NCBI GenBank assembly: GCA_951406725.2
Contig: OX597817.1
Location: forward strand, 174,158,001-174,222,000
Direction of reading: 5' to 3'
Length of the DNA: 64,000 nucleotides
Source: Octopus vulgaris
Taxonomy: Eukaryota
Every line of letters begins with the position of its first letter. Position 1 is the stretch's first letter. The position numbers were made by a program, and so were the translations under genes. Below are positions 24,717 to 37,317 of this stretch, in pieces. The notes beneath the pieces were generated by a model. The model had not been told where the DNA came from, did no database searches, and worked only from the letters and a program-made list of their open reading frames with translations.

Positions 24717-25445
24717 ATATGTGTGTATTTACTGCAGCTGTCCAGGTTTGTTAGATGTCAGGATATTAATGAAAAAAATGCTCATTCTGTATCTGATCAT
24801 TGATATTGTTTCTGTGGTCAAGATTTCTACTCTCAAACAGTCCAGTCAACTCAGTTGTAAGTAAATACAATTCTGTGTAGATTATTGAGGTAAGCAATGA
24901 CAGCAAAGGTATAATTGGCAAGTTTACACTCTTGTAAGGCTGAGTGCTAATCCTCTTGTGAAAACCGCTTGGAGAAAAATATACCTTGCTAAGCTAGCAG
25001 TCTTCAAGTAAGTTAGGAAACTCTTAATTCAGGTTTAAGATTGTTTGCATAATAATACACAATGTTTTGAAATGGAAAGTGCAGCATTTTATCTCTGTTA
25101 TCATTTAACATCCAGCTTCCATGTTGGCTTAGACTGGGTGATTTGTCAGATTCTGATGTATTGGCGGACTGTGTCACTCTACCGTCTTGTTAGGTAAGAG
25201 TTCTATGGATGGATACATTTCCTATGTCAACTACTTTATAGAGTGTACTAGTTGCTTTTCTTATGATTGCAGCACTAATGATGATTGCCTCATAACTTAC
25301 AAGGCAAAGGACCTAAAGTAGCTCCTATAACAGGGAAGCATATAAAAGGTGGGGAAAAATACTTAAAATATAAAATGCTGAAGTCAAACAAAAAATTGAA
25401 ATGGAAGAAATCCTCTAATGCTTATTATTATTACTCAGTGGATGA

Positions 25446-26065
25446 AGGCAGCGAGATGGCCGAGTGAGTAACACGCTGGACAAAATACTTGGCAGCATTT
25501 CTTCCAGTTTTACATTCTGAGTTCAAGTGCCACGGAGGTCAACTTTGCCCTTCAAGCTTTCAGGGTCAGTAAAATAAGTATCAGTTTAAGGGGTTGAGTT
25601 GGTAAAATTGTTAGCACCGCAGGACAAAATGCTGAGCAGTATTTCGACCATTGCTACATTCTGAGTTCAAATTCCGCCGAGGTCGACTTTGCCTTTCATC
25701 CTTTCGGGGTTGATTAAATAAGTACCAGTTACGCACTGGGGTCAATATAATCGACCTAATCTGTTTGTCTGTCCTTGTTCGTCTCCTCTGTGTTTAGCCC
25801 CTTGTGGGTAGTAAAGAAATAGGTATTTTGCTCATTGTTACGTTCTGAGTTCAAATTCTTTGCCTTCCATCCTTTCAGGGTTGATGAAATAAGTACCAGT
25901 TACGCACTGGGGTAGATGAAATCGACCTTCCCCCTCCCCCAAATCTCAGGCCTTGTGCCTAGAGTAGAAAAGAAAATAAGTACCAGTTACGCACTGAAGT
26001 CAATGTAATTAACTTGCCCCCTCTCTCAAAATGTCAGGTCTTTCTATATTAGAAAGAATTATTAT
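25446..26065 (+). mobile_element. Cluster of tandem or nested SINE family 'A' copies
   Basis: Repeated TTCTGAGTTCAAATTCCGCCGAGGTCGACTTTGCCTTTCATCC and AAGTACCAGTTACGCACTGGGG blocks. Confidence 0.85.
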
Positions 26066-26522
26066 TCTACATTTGCAAGACTTGTTAGATTGGCCAACTC
26101 TTCAGCGCATTAACTGAACCATTAGTATCTTACAGGAGTTATGGCCCTTTACATTCTAAATTCAAGTCCTGCCAAAGCTGACTTCGGCTGTTAGTCTTCT
26201 GGGATCGATAAAATAAAATATTTATTGATATAATGAGCTGTTTTTACCAACAATTTCTGACCTTTTGCTTCTATAAATTATCATAAATAGGTACAGGTAT
26301 GGCTGTGTGGTTAAAAACCTTGCTTCCCAACCATGTGGTCTCAGATTAAATCCCACTGCATAATACTTTAGGCAAGTGTCTTTTACTATCCCTGGGTCAA
26401 CCAGGGATAGTAACCAGGAATTTTTGAGTGGATTCAGTCGACAGAAACTGCTCATTGTCTACATATGTACTTGTGTGAGTGTGTTTGTGTGTACCCTTGT
26501 CTTGACATGTATGATTGTAAAT

Positions 26523-26744
26523 AAGGCGGCGAGCTGGCAGAAACGTTAGCTCGCCGGGTGGAATGCGTAGCCGTATTTCGTCTGATGTTACGTTCTGAGT
26601 TCAAATTCCGCCGAGGTCGACTTTGCCTTTCATCTTTTCGGGGTCGATTAAATAAGTACCAGTTACGCACTGGGGTCGATATAATCAACTTAATCCGTTT
26701 GTTTGTCCCCTCTGTGTTTAGCCCCTCGTGGGTAGTAAAGAAAT
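26523..26744 (+). mobile_element. Young SINE family 'A' with 16-bp TSD
   Basis: TSD ATGTATGATTGTAAAT at 26507-26522 and 26745-26760; inserted in an older SINE spanning about 26290-27210. Confidence 0.92.
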
Positions 26745-26950
26745 ATGTATGATTGTAAATGAGCATTACCATCAGACAAACATTGTTGTTCCTCAGTCTC
26801 CCATGAATAACATGTTTGGGCATGGGGAAATATTACCTTGCTTAGAAACAAGTGAGGATAGGTGACAGGAAGGGCATCTGACATTAGAAAAATCCACCTT
26901 AACAAATTCTATCTGACCCATGCAAGCATAGAAAATTGAATGTTAATATC

Positions 26951-27183
26951 TGTTTCTTTATTGCCCACAAGGGGCTAAACACAGAGGGGACAAACAAGGA
27001 CAGACAAACGGATTAAATCGATTACATCGACCCCAGTGCGTAACTGGTACTTAATTTATCGACCCCGAAATGATGAAAGGCAAAGTCGACCTCGGCGGAA
27101 TTTGAACTCAGAACGTAACGGCAGACGAAATACGGCTACGCATTTCGCCCGGCGTGCTAACGTTTCTGCCAGCTCGCCGTCTT
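26951..27183 (-). mobile_element. Young SINE family 'A' with 17-bp TSD
   Basis: TSD AATTG(A/G)ATGTTAATATC at 26934-26950 and 27184-27200. Confidence 0.92.
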
Positions 27184-28035
27184 AATTGGATGTTAATATC
27201 ATTTATGGTTATGCACTATCAGACTGACCTCAAGAGTTTATCCTAGCCATTACATCTCAAAAACATCTTATGAAAGAGGTTCTTATCTATGGCCTTTCAC
27301 CTGTGTGCTGTTCTGTAACCATCTGGGTGGCAGCAATGAGGATACTTATCTGTATTTGCACACGGTCTTTGTTGATACAGACAAGACACATATATCTGTG
27401 AATACTCTAGTTTCTCCTCGCCCTGAGCAGATACATCTTTTGCCTATAAACACAGATACACCATACAAACTATAAGAATAGCTGCTATTCTTTAACATGT
27501 TTCCTCCATACAGGCTGCAAGAACAGCTGCTCTGCGTATCGCCTGGCCATTACATCTCAAGAACATTCTAAAAATGGTATATATTTCCCTAGTTGCCAAT
27601 CTATGTACTTTATATGGTACACCTATTTAAGTAGCAGCGACACTATGAGATACTTTGAATAAACCTATGATTTCTGTAATAACCTCAGGGAATCTTTATC
27701 CTGTTTCTGTACACTCTCAAATTAACAGCCTTGTATGGCCTAACCTTCTGTCTGTTACGACGACCAGTGTTCCAGTTGATCCAATCAATAAACCGCCTGC
27801 TTGCGACATTAACGTGCAAGTGGCTGAGCACTCCACAGACACACTTACCGTTTACGTAGTTCACGGAGATTCAAAGGGACACACTGAATGGGACGAGACT
27901 GGTCCATTGATCTAAAGGTACGACTCATTTTTGTCAGCTGAATGGACTGGAGTAACATGAAATAAAGCATCTTGTTCAAGGACACAATACGCCGCCGGGA
28001 GTCGAACTTACGATCATGAACCGAATACACTAACC

Positions 28036-28252
28036 TATTTCTTTATTGCCCACAAGGGATTAAACACAGAGAGGACAAACAAGGACAGACAAAGGGATTC
28101 AGTCGATTACATCGACCCCAGTGCGTAACTGGTACTTATTTAATCGACCCCGAAAGGATGAAAGGCAAAGTCGACCTCGGCGGAATTTGAACTTGGAAAA
28201 ACCGCGAAGCATTTCGCCCGGCGTGCTAACGTTTCTGCCAGCTCGCCGCTTT
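28036..28252 (-). mobile_element. SINE family 'A' nested in the head of a family 'E' SINE (27750-28285)
   Basis: TSD AACCGAATACACTAACC at 28019-28035 and 28253-28269. Confidence 0.9.
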
Positions 28253-28803
28253 AACCGAATACACTAACCACTAAGCCACTCACCTTAAAAGCCCTGAATA
28301 GCAACAACCTTAAAACTCTCCATTGTTATCTCAACTTATCTAATTTATCTTATTTGGTATTACTCCATTTATTTTTTGCTTCATTTATCACCTTTCTACC
28401 ATCCAACATTCACCAGTTATTTATTTACCTTACTATTATTCAATAATTACATTATTCATTTGCTTATCATCAACAATGGTATTTACAGGCGAGCATGTGT
28501 TCTAGGCATGCAATAATATACATACATGTGTATTTATGTATTGCACATGTCATGGGTATCAACTCAAAACTACTCAGGTATCAAAACGCATCAGGAAATG
28601 TTATATGTATGAGTTACTCCCCTTCAATAATCAAACTTCAAAATGTCATATTTCTTATATTCCAGAAAGACAGCGAGCTGACAGAAATTGACATTTCTTC
28701 CGGCTCACATCACGTTCAGAGTTCAAATCCCGCTAAAGTCGATTTTGCCTTTCATCCTTTTGGGTTTGATAAAATAAAGTTCCAATCTAGTATTTGGGGG
28801 TTG

Positions 28804-29242
28804 GGATCTTTTCGGTTTGAACGGCAGTTTTTTAAAATAATTTCCACGTAACTAAAAAATTTTAAACTTCGTATACTGGTAGAATGTGTTTATAAAACAT
28901 CTTTTTCTCTTGGCTTTATTGAGAAAATTCTATAGTTTGTTAGATATTTGTTGTTGTTTTTCTTCAATTTCTGCAATTTCAACCTATAAATGACGTCTAT
29001 TGAGGTGAAAAACATTCTGTGCTGTATGCATATGTCCCTCGTTTAAGAAACAGATTGGGTTTATTTACATTTCTGAAGAAAAAAGATACCCTTCCCCCCA
29101 CCCCTAACCCTAACCGTAATCCTAACTAACCCTAACCCTAAAACAGATTGAAATGCAATAGATCGATACTAGGGTCATGATTATGGGTGACAATTTCATA
29201 TGACACCGCTAGAAAAAACTGCCGTTTAAACCGAAAAGATCC
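28804..29242. mobile_element. Non-autonomous TIR element with internal (CCCTAA)n and 8-bp TSD (Merlin- or MULE-like)
   Basis: About 30-bp TIR GGATCTTTTCGGTTT(G/A)AACGGCAGTTTTTT; TSD GGGGGTTG / GGAGGTTG; splits a SINE 'A' copy. Confidence 0.8.
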
Positions 29243-29824
29243 GGAGGTTGATGTAATCGAATAGCCCCCTCCTCATTTTCAGGCCCTGTTCCTACAATAG
29301 AAAGGAAATACTAGGTATCTCCAGGGCGGCAAGCTGTCTGAATTGTAGTGTGCCAGGCAAACTGCTTGGCGACATTTCGTCCGTCTTTACGTTCCGTGTT
29401 CAAATTCTGCCGACGTCGACTTTCATCCTAACGGGGTCGATGAAATCAGTACCAGTTCAACACTGGGATTAATGTAATCCATTTAATCCCTCCCACCGAA
29501 ATTACTGGCCAATTACGTGCCTCTGTAACGATAAAGTTTTATTTTTGTAACGATGCCTGTTATGGTGCAGCGTCGGGATCACCAGTTTGTAATGGTTGGA
29601 GTTTATTGAGTTTATATGGTAAATATATGGTAAATAATAGTGTGGTAAATGATAGTTGATACACAGTAGAATGGAATGTCGGAATCATAATCAGTTTGTA
29701 AGGATTGGTTCTTCATTGATTGCCATTATGTAAAGATGAAAGAACAGTTGTGAAGAAAATATTTATTTTTACTGTTACATTATACAATACCTTGCCTCAA
29801 CGGGCAGGTGATAAGATCCTAGAG

Positions 29825-30072
29825 CATCATCATCATCATCATCGTTTAACGTTCGTTTTCCATGTTAGCATGGATTGGACGGTTCAACTGGGGTCTGGGA
29901 AGCCAGAAGGCTGCACCAGGTTCCAGTCTGATCTGGCAGTGTTTCTACAACTGGATGCCCTTCCTAACGCCAACCATTCCATGAGTGTAGTGGGTGCTTT
30001 TTACGTGCCACCGGCACAGGGGCCAGAGCAGGCTGGCAAACGGCCATGATCAGTTGGTGCTTTTACATGTCA
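29825..30072 (-). mobile_element. RTE 3' tail fragment
   Basis: Close match to 40857-41060. Confidence 0.85.
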
Positions 30073-31449
30073 CATGAAGTAAAAATGTTAATTTCGTCCT
30101 GTATGTTCTTATTGTAGTAGTAAACCATGGAGAGAGAGAGATGTGGTAATGTGCAGAGAAAAGAAAGTGAGTTAGTGAAAGTTGTGGAGTCGTGGGAAGT
30201 AGTTTCATAGCTGCTGACAGTAAACTTCATTTCTCCCCTTGACCATCTGTCTTTAGTAGTTGCCTGCTTGTGACCTTGATTCTTGTGGTCAGTTCACTAA
30301 CTGATGGTACCTCTCTCTAACTCGAGTTGTCACTCACTGACTAACTGAGGTGTCACCAAGTGACTAACTGACTTTTGCTTGGGGGTTCTTGTTTTTATAA
30401 CTATCCAGAAGTATAGACATATCATTGAGAACAATGCATTTCGTTGGTGGTACTTGTTATCTTAATTCTAGCTTTTGGTGAAGTAGAAGAGGTTAGAAGG
30501 GTCAAGTGGTGAAGACATTATTTCGGCCTAGCTAAGGCATCTGACAAATGTAAACTGTCACAGAAAAACTATTGTTCCACTGTGAGAAAAGTTCTGTTGA
30601 ACTGTTACTTGAAATTTGGCTATGGTGGATTGAATCAATTTCATGCCTGCAAGATTCACTCCACCTCTATTTATTCTAGGTCGACTTCCTTTACTGTACA
30701 TTCACATCACACCAGCAAGAGATTTATGCTGACCAAAGGAAAATATTCATCTACCATATTGTTTGTTGTAGGTCTTTAACTGAAATGATTAACTGTTGAT
30801 TCAAAAGTGTCAACATTTGATGCAATTCATAAGTTCCAGCCAGTTTGGGATACTGGCTGACCATATTAAACTATTTATACTCTTCTCTTGTACTGGGTAC
30901 ATTTTTCCTTCCATTCATTCACATTAACATCATTTTATACATCCATTTATATTATTTTTATAGAAATAACTTATACATACATACATAGTGTTTACTATTT
31001 AATGTCTAAGTCAGAGCGTAAAATCAGTGTCCATGATCTCTGCAGGGCCACAAAGACTAAAGTGCCAGTGAAAAGGAAAGGAAGAAGAGACCATGACCCT
31101 TAGAGATCTTGTCCAAAAGTCTGCAACAGAGTAAACTTTACAAAAGGCTCCCAGTGGGGCATGAGACATTTCGGCACAACTGTTCTGGTGCTGCCAATTT
31201 AGAGTTGCTTATTTTATGCTGACATATTTGACATCAGATGTTTAAATTTTTCTGTGGGTAGCTGGGGTACCAGCTTGAAGAATTTTCAAGTTGAACGAAT
31301 CAATCCCACCATCTTTTTATTTTTTTCAAAGCTTGGTATTTATATTATTGGACTCTTTTGCTGAACTGTTAAACACACCAACACCATTTGTCAAGTGGTA
31401 GGAGGGGGACAGACAGACAGACAGACACACGCACACACACACACACATT

Positions 31450-31915
31450 CAACGTTGGGCCTCACGGAGGCAAAGTGGCTGAGTACCTTTCAAGTGTTGG
31501 GCCTCGTGGAAACGTAGTGGCTGAGTTCCTTTTGAGCTGGTCTCATGAAGGCAAGGTGGATGAGTTCATTTCGAGTGTTGGGCCTTATGGAGGCAAAGCA
31601 GCTGAGCTCCTTTCAAGTTTTGGGCCTCACAGAGGCAATGGCCAAGACCTTTGGCATTATGTCATGCTTGAGAAGAAGATCCATCAAACTGGGCAAAATC
31701 ACAGTCATGACAGATACTGGTGTCACACAAATGGCACCTGTGCCAGTGGCACGTAAAAGCACCCATTGCACTCTTGGAGTGGTTGGCATTAGGAAGAGCA
31801 TGCAGCTGTAGAAACCATGCCGAATCAGACTGGAGCCTGGTGCAACCTTCCAGTATGCCAGCCCAGTCAAACCGACCAACCTATGCCAGCATGGACAATG
31901 GACTTTAAATGATGA
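31450..31915 (+). mobile_element. RTE 3' fragment preceded by a 42-bp minisatellite (about 5 units)
   Basis: Unit TTGGGCCTCACGGAGGCAAAGTGGCTGAGT..; the last unit runs into LGLTEAMAK-like RTE coding sequence and the RTE tail. Confidence 0.7.
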
Positions 31916-32768
31916 TAATACACATATATGATGGGCTTCTTTCAGTTTCCATTTAAAAAGTCCACTCACAAGGCATTGGTCAGCCCAAGGCTATAGTAGA
32001 AGACACTTGCTCAAGGTGTCACATTGTGGGACTGAACCTGGAACCATGTGGTTGGGAAGTAAGCTTCTTAGCACACAGCCATGTTTTTTTAAAAGACATA
32101 AGGACCCTCCCTGTGAAAAGTTGTAGTGTTCATGCCTCTATCAAGGCATAAGTAGTGTGACTTAACTGGACTTCCATGAACTAAGAATTAGGACCCAGTT
32201 ATGGTCTTGATTCACCAGAAGCTAATCTATTGTTCATTAAAATACTGAATCGAATACTGGTTTCACATTTTGGTACAAGGCCAGCAATTTCAGGAGAGGA
32301 GCTAAGTTGATTACATCAACCCCAGTACTCAAGTAGTACTTATTTCATCGGCTCCTAAAAAATGAAAGGCAAAGTCAACCCTGGCAGAATTTGAACTCAA
32401 AATGAAAAAAATAGACAAAACACTACAAAGCATTTCGTCTGGTATATGAATGATTCTGTCAGCTTGAATTAAATACGGATTCTGTTTCCAAGAACATTGG
32501 AGTTAATACTTAGTATTTAGCTTCATCCAACTGCATTTTGAGTTCAAGTCCTGCTAATGTTGGCTATGCTTCTCAGCCTCTGTTGTTAGATAAATTCCAA
32601 GTATTATTTTCTTGTGTTAATACAAGAAATGATACTCTTTCATATAAATTTCTTTCAAAGTTAGGAATCAATATTGTTGTCTCGCTAAGGCAAAAATCAA
32701 TCGTTAAAGGAAATGGATAAAGGTAATCAATTTAACGATATTAATGATTATTAGTTTATTGATCTTAA

Positions 32769-35700
32769 TGCTGGTGCCATGTAAAAAGCATGTGTGCCAG
32801 TGCTATGTAAGAAGTGCTTGCTTTGGTTCTATGTAGAAAACAATTGTTTGGGGCCAAGTAAAAAGCATGTGCGCCAGTGCTATGTAAGAAGTGCTTGCTT
32901 TGGTTCTATGTAGAAAACAATTGTTTGGGGCCAAGTAAAAAGCATGTGTGCCAGTGCTATGTAAGAAGTGCTTGCTTTGGTTCTATGTAGAAAACAATTG
33001 TTTGGGGCCAAGTAAAAAGCATGTGTGCCAGTGCTATGTAAGAAGTGCTTGCTTTGGTTCTATGTAGAAAAACAATTGTTTGGGGCCAAGTAAAAAGCAT
33101 TTGTGCCAGTGCTATGTAAAAAGTGCTTGCTTTGGTTCTATGTAGAAAACAATTGTTTGGGGCCAAGTAAAAAGCATGTGTGCAGTGCCAGTGCTATGTA
33201 AGAAGTGCTTGCTTTGGTTCCATGAAGAAAAACACTTGTTTGGGGCCAAGTAAAAAGCATGTGTGCCAGTGCTAGTGCTATGTAAGAAGTGCTTGCTTTG
33301 GTTCTATGTAGAAAAACACTTGTTTGGGGCCAAGTAAAAAGCATTTGTGCCAGTGCTATGTAAAAAGTGCTTGCTTTGGTTCTATGTAGAAAAACACTTG
33401 TTTGGGGCCAAGTAAAAAGCATGTGTGCCAGTGCTATGTAAGAAGTGCTTGCTTTGGTTCTATGTAGAAAAACAATTGTTTGGGGCCAAGTAAAAAGCAT
33501 TTGTGCCAGTGCTATGTAAAAAGTGCTTGCATTGGTTCCATGAAGAAAAACACTTGTTTGGGGCCAAGTAAAAAGCATGTGTGCCAGTGCTATGTAAGAA
33601 GTGCTTGCTTTGGTTCTATGTAGAAAAACACTTGTTTGGGGCCAAGTAAAAAGCATTTGTGCCAGTGCTATGTAAAAAGTGCTTGCTTTGGTTCAATGAA
33701 GAAAAACACTTGTTTGGGGCCAAGTAAAAAGCATGTGTGCCAGTGCTATGTAAGAAGTGCTTGCTTTGGTTCCATGAAGAAAAACACTTGTTTGGGGCCA
33801 AGTAAAAAGCATGTGTGCCAGTGCTATGTAAGAAGTGCTTGCTTTGGTTCACTGAAGAAAAACACTTGTTTGGAGCCATGTAAAAAGCATGTGTGCCAGT
33901 GCTATGTAAGAAGTTCTTGCTTTGGTTCCATGAAAAAAAACACTTGTTTGGGGCCAAGTAAAAAGCATGTGTGCCAGTGCTATGTAAAAAGTGCTTGCTT
34001 TGGTACCATTAAGAAAAACACTTGTTTGGGGCCAAGTAAAAAGCATGTGTGCCAGTGCTATGTAAAAAGTGCTTGCTTTGGTACCATGAAGAAAAACACT
34101 TGTTTGGGGCCAAGTAAAAAGCATGTGTGCCAGTGCTATGTAAGAAGTGCTCTCTTTGGTTCCATGTAGAAAAACACTTGTTTGGGGCCAAGTAAAAAGC
34201 ATGTGTGCCAGTGCTATGTAAGAATTGCTCTCTTTGGTTCCATGTAGAAAAACACTTGTTTGGGGCCAAGTGAAAAGCATGTGTGCCAGTGCTATGTACG
34301 AAGTGCTCTCTTTGGTTCCATGAAGAAAAACACTTGTTTAGGGCCAAGTAAAAAGCATGTGTGCCAGTGCTATGTAAGAAGTGCTCTCTTTGGTTCCATG
34401 AAGAAAAACACTTGTTTGGGGCCAAGTAAAAAGCATGTGTGCCAGTGCTATGTAAGAAGTGCTCTCTTTGGTTCCATGTAGAAAAACACTTGTTTGGGGC
34501 CAAGTGAAAAGCATGTGTGCCAGTGCTATGTAAGAAGTGCTTGCTTTGGTTCCATGAAGAAAAACACTTGTTTGGGGCCAAGTAAAAAGCATGTGTGCCA
34601 GTGCTATGTAAGAAGTGCTCTCTTTGGTTCCATGAAGAAAAACACTTGTTTGGGGCCAAGTAAAAAGCATGTGTGCCAGTGCTATGTAAGAATGCTCTCT
34701 TTGGTTCATGAGAAAAACACTTGTTTGGGGCCAAGTCCTTTTGGTTCCATGAAGAAAACACTTGTTTGGGGCCAAGTAAAAAGCATGTGTGCCAGTGCTA
34801 TGTAAGAAGTGCTTCTTTGGTTCCATGAGAAAACACTTGTTGGGGCAGAAAACATGTGTGCCAGTGCTATGTAAATGGTTCCATGTAGAAAAACACTTGT
34901 TTGGGGCCAAGTAAAAAGCATGTGTGCCAGTGCTATGTAAGAAAGTGCTTCTTTGGTTCCATGAAGAAAAACACTTGTTTGGGGCCAAGTAAAAAGCATG
35001 TGTGCCAGTGCTATGTAAGAAGTGCTCTCTTTGGTTCCATGAAGAAAAACACTTGTTTGGGGCCAAGTAAAAAGCATGTGTGCCAGTGCTATGTAAGAAG
35101 TGCTTGCTTTGGTTCACTGAAGAAAAACACTTGTTTTGGGCCAAGTAAAAAGCATGTGTGCCAGTGCTATGTAAAAAGTGCTTTATTTGGTTCCATGAAG
35201 AAAAACACTTGTTTGGGGCCAAGTAAAAAGCATGTGTGCCAGTGCTATGTAAGAAGTGCTCTCTTTGGTTCCATGAAGAAAAACACTTGTTTGGGGCCAA
35301 GTAAAAAGCATGTGTGCCAGTGCTATGTAAGAAGTGCTTCTTTGGTTCCATGAAGAAAAACACTTGTTTGGGGCCAAGTAAAAAGCATGTGTGCCAGTGC
35401 TATGTAAGAAGTGCTCTGCTTTGGTTCCATGAAGAAAAACACTTGTTTGGGGCCAAGTAAAAAGCATGTGTGCCAGTGCTATGTAAAAAGTGCTTGCTTT
35501 GGTACCATGAAGAAAAACACTTGTTTGGGGCCAAGTAAAAAGCATGTGTGCCAGTGCTATGTAAAAGTGCTTGCTTTGGTACCATGAAGAAAAACACTTG
35601 TTTGGGGCCAAGTAAAAAGCATGTGTGCCAGTGCTATGTAAAAAGTGCTTGCTTTGGTACCATGAAGAAAAACACTTGTTTGGGGCCAAGGAAAAAGCAT

Positions 35701-36476
35701 GTGTGCCAGTGCTATGTAAAAGTGCTTGCTTTGGTACCATGAAGAAAAACACTTGTTTGGGGCCAAGTAAAAAGCATGTGTGCCAGTGCTATGTAAAAAG
35801 CGCTTGCTTTTGTTCCATGAACAAAAACACTCTTTTGGGGCCAAGTAAAAAGCATGTGTGCCAGTGCTATGTAAGAATTGCTCTCTTTGGTTCCATGAAG
35901 AAAAACACTTGTTTGGGGCCAAGTAAAAAGCATGTGTGCCAGTGCTATGTAAAAAGTGCTTGCTTTGGTTCCATGAAGAAAAACACTTGTTTGGGGCCAA
36001 GTAAAAAGCATGTGTGCCAGTGCTATGTAAGTGGCGCTTGCTTTGGTTCCATGAAGAAAAACACTTGTTTGGGGCCAAGTAAAAAGCATGTGTGCCAGTG
36101 CTACCTAAAAAGTGCTTGCTTTGGTTCCATGAAGAAAAACACTTGTTATGGGCCAAGTAAAAAGCATGTGTGCCAGTGTTATGTAAGTGGCGCTTGCTTT
36201 GGTTCCATGAAGAAAAACACTTGTTTGGGGCCAAGTAAAAGCATGTGTGCCAGTGCTATTTAAAAAGGGCTTGCTTTGGTTCCATGAAGAAAAACACTCT
36301 TTTGGGGCCAAGTAAAAAGCATGTGTGCCAGTGCTATTTAAAAAGGGCTTGCTTTGGTTCCATGAAGAAAAACACTTGTTTGGGGCCAAGTAAAAAGCAT
36401 TTGTGCCAGTGCTACGTAAAAAGTGCTTGCTTTGGTTCCATGAAGAAAAACACTTGTTTGGGGCCAAGTAAAAAGC
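32769..36476 (+). repeat. 78-bp tandem satellite (about 47 copies; 3x26-bp higher-order unit)
   Basis: Unit GGGGCCAAGTAAAAAGCATGTGTGCC AGTGCTATGTAAGAAGTGCTTGCTTT GGTTCCATGAAGAAAAACACTTGTTT; 26-aa periodicity in the ORF track. Confidence 0.97.
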
Positions 36477-36734
36477 CCCCAGTAACGTGGTTGGCATTAG
36501 GAAGAGTATCCAGTCATAGAAACCATGCAAAATGAAAAAGAGAACTGGAACCACTGCAGCTCTCTGGCTGGCAAGCTCCTCTCAAATCAGCATGGAAAAC
36601 ATATATTAAATGATGATGGTGATGATGAGGGGATTTGAACCTAGGAAATGTGAATAAATACTGTGATGCATTTAACAACTGTCTTTAATGTTGATTTCTA
36701 ACATAGGCACAAGGAATTATATTTTGGCAGGGAG

Positions 36735-37317
36735 CACAGAGACAATGACGAAAGACCGAGACCTCTTGAGATATGCTGTGACTGCGAAGACCTGACAAAT
36801 GAGGTGAGTTCTTGGCTGTTTCCTGCACCAGCTTCACATAGAAGCCCCAGACCATCTAAAGTACCTTGGATCGCAGGACGGCCTGCTGTGCTTACCTTGG
36901 ATCATAGGGCGACCTGCTGTGCTTGAGGAGACCTGTTGAGTCAAGTAGAACAACATCAACATCAAATGGAAATTGTAGTTGTGATACCTGTGCCAGTGGC
37001 ACGTAAAAAGCACCATCCAAACATGGCCGATGCCAGTGCCACCTTGACTGGCTTTTGTGCTGGTGGCATGTAAAAAGCACCTACCGATCATGGCCATTGC
37101 CAGCCTCATCTGGCACCTGTGCTGGTGGCACGTAAAAAGCATCCACTACACTCATGGAGTGGTTGGCGTTAGGAAGAGCATCCAGCTGTAGAAACACTGC
37201 CAGATCAGACTGGAGCCTGGTGCAGCCTCCTGGCTTCCGAGACCCCGGTCAAACCGTCCAACCCATGCCAGCATGGTAAACGGACGTTAAACGATGATGA
37301 TAATGATGATGATGATG
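36735..37317 (+). mobile_element. RTE 3' fragment
   Basis: Starts in the coding end (AMTKDRDL..YAVTAKT*) and ends in (GAT)n. Confidence 0.85.

Noticed and set aside
29100-29140. True telomere or chromosome fusion site (also 63073-63140)
   Set aside because: Short degenerate tracts inside transposon-like elements.
32769-36476. CRISPR-like array
   Set aside because: No unique spacers and no cas genes; eukaryotic tandem repeat.
32957-36554. Many long Cys/His-rich ORFs in all frames
   Set aside because: Products of the 78-bp satellite (a multiple of 3 with few stops); open on both strands and broken by frameshifts.
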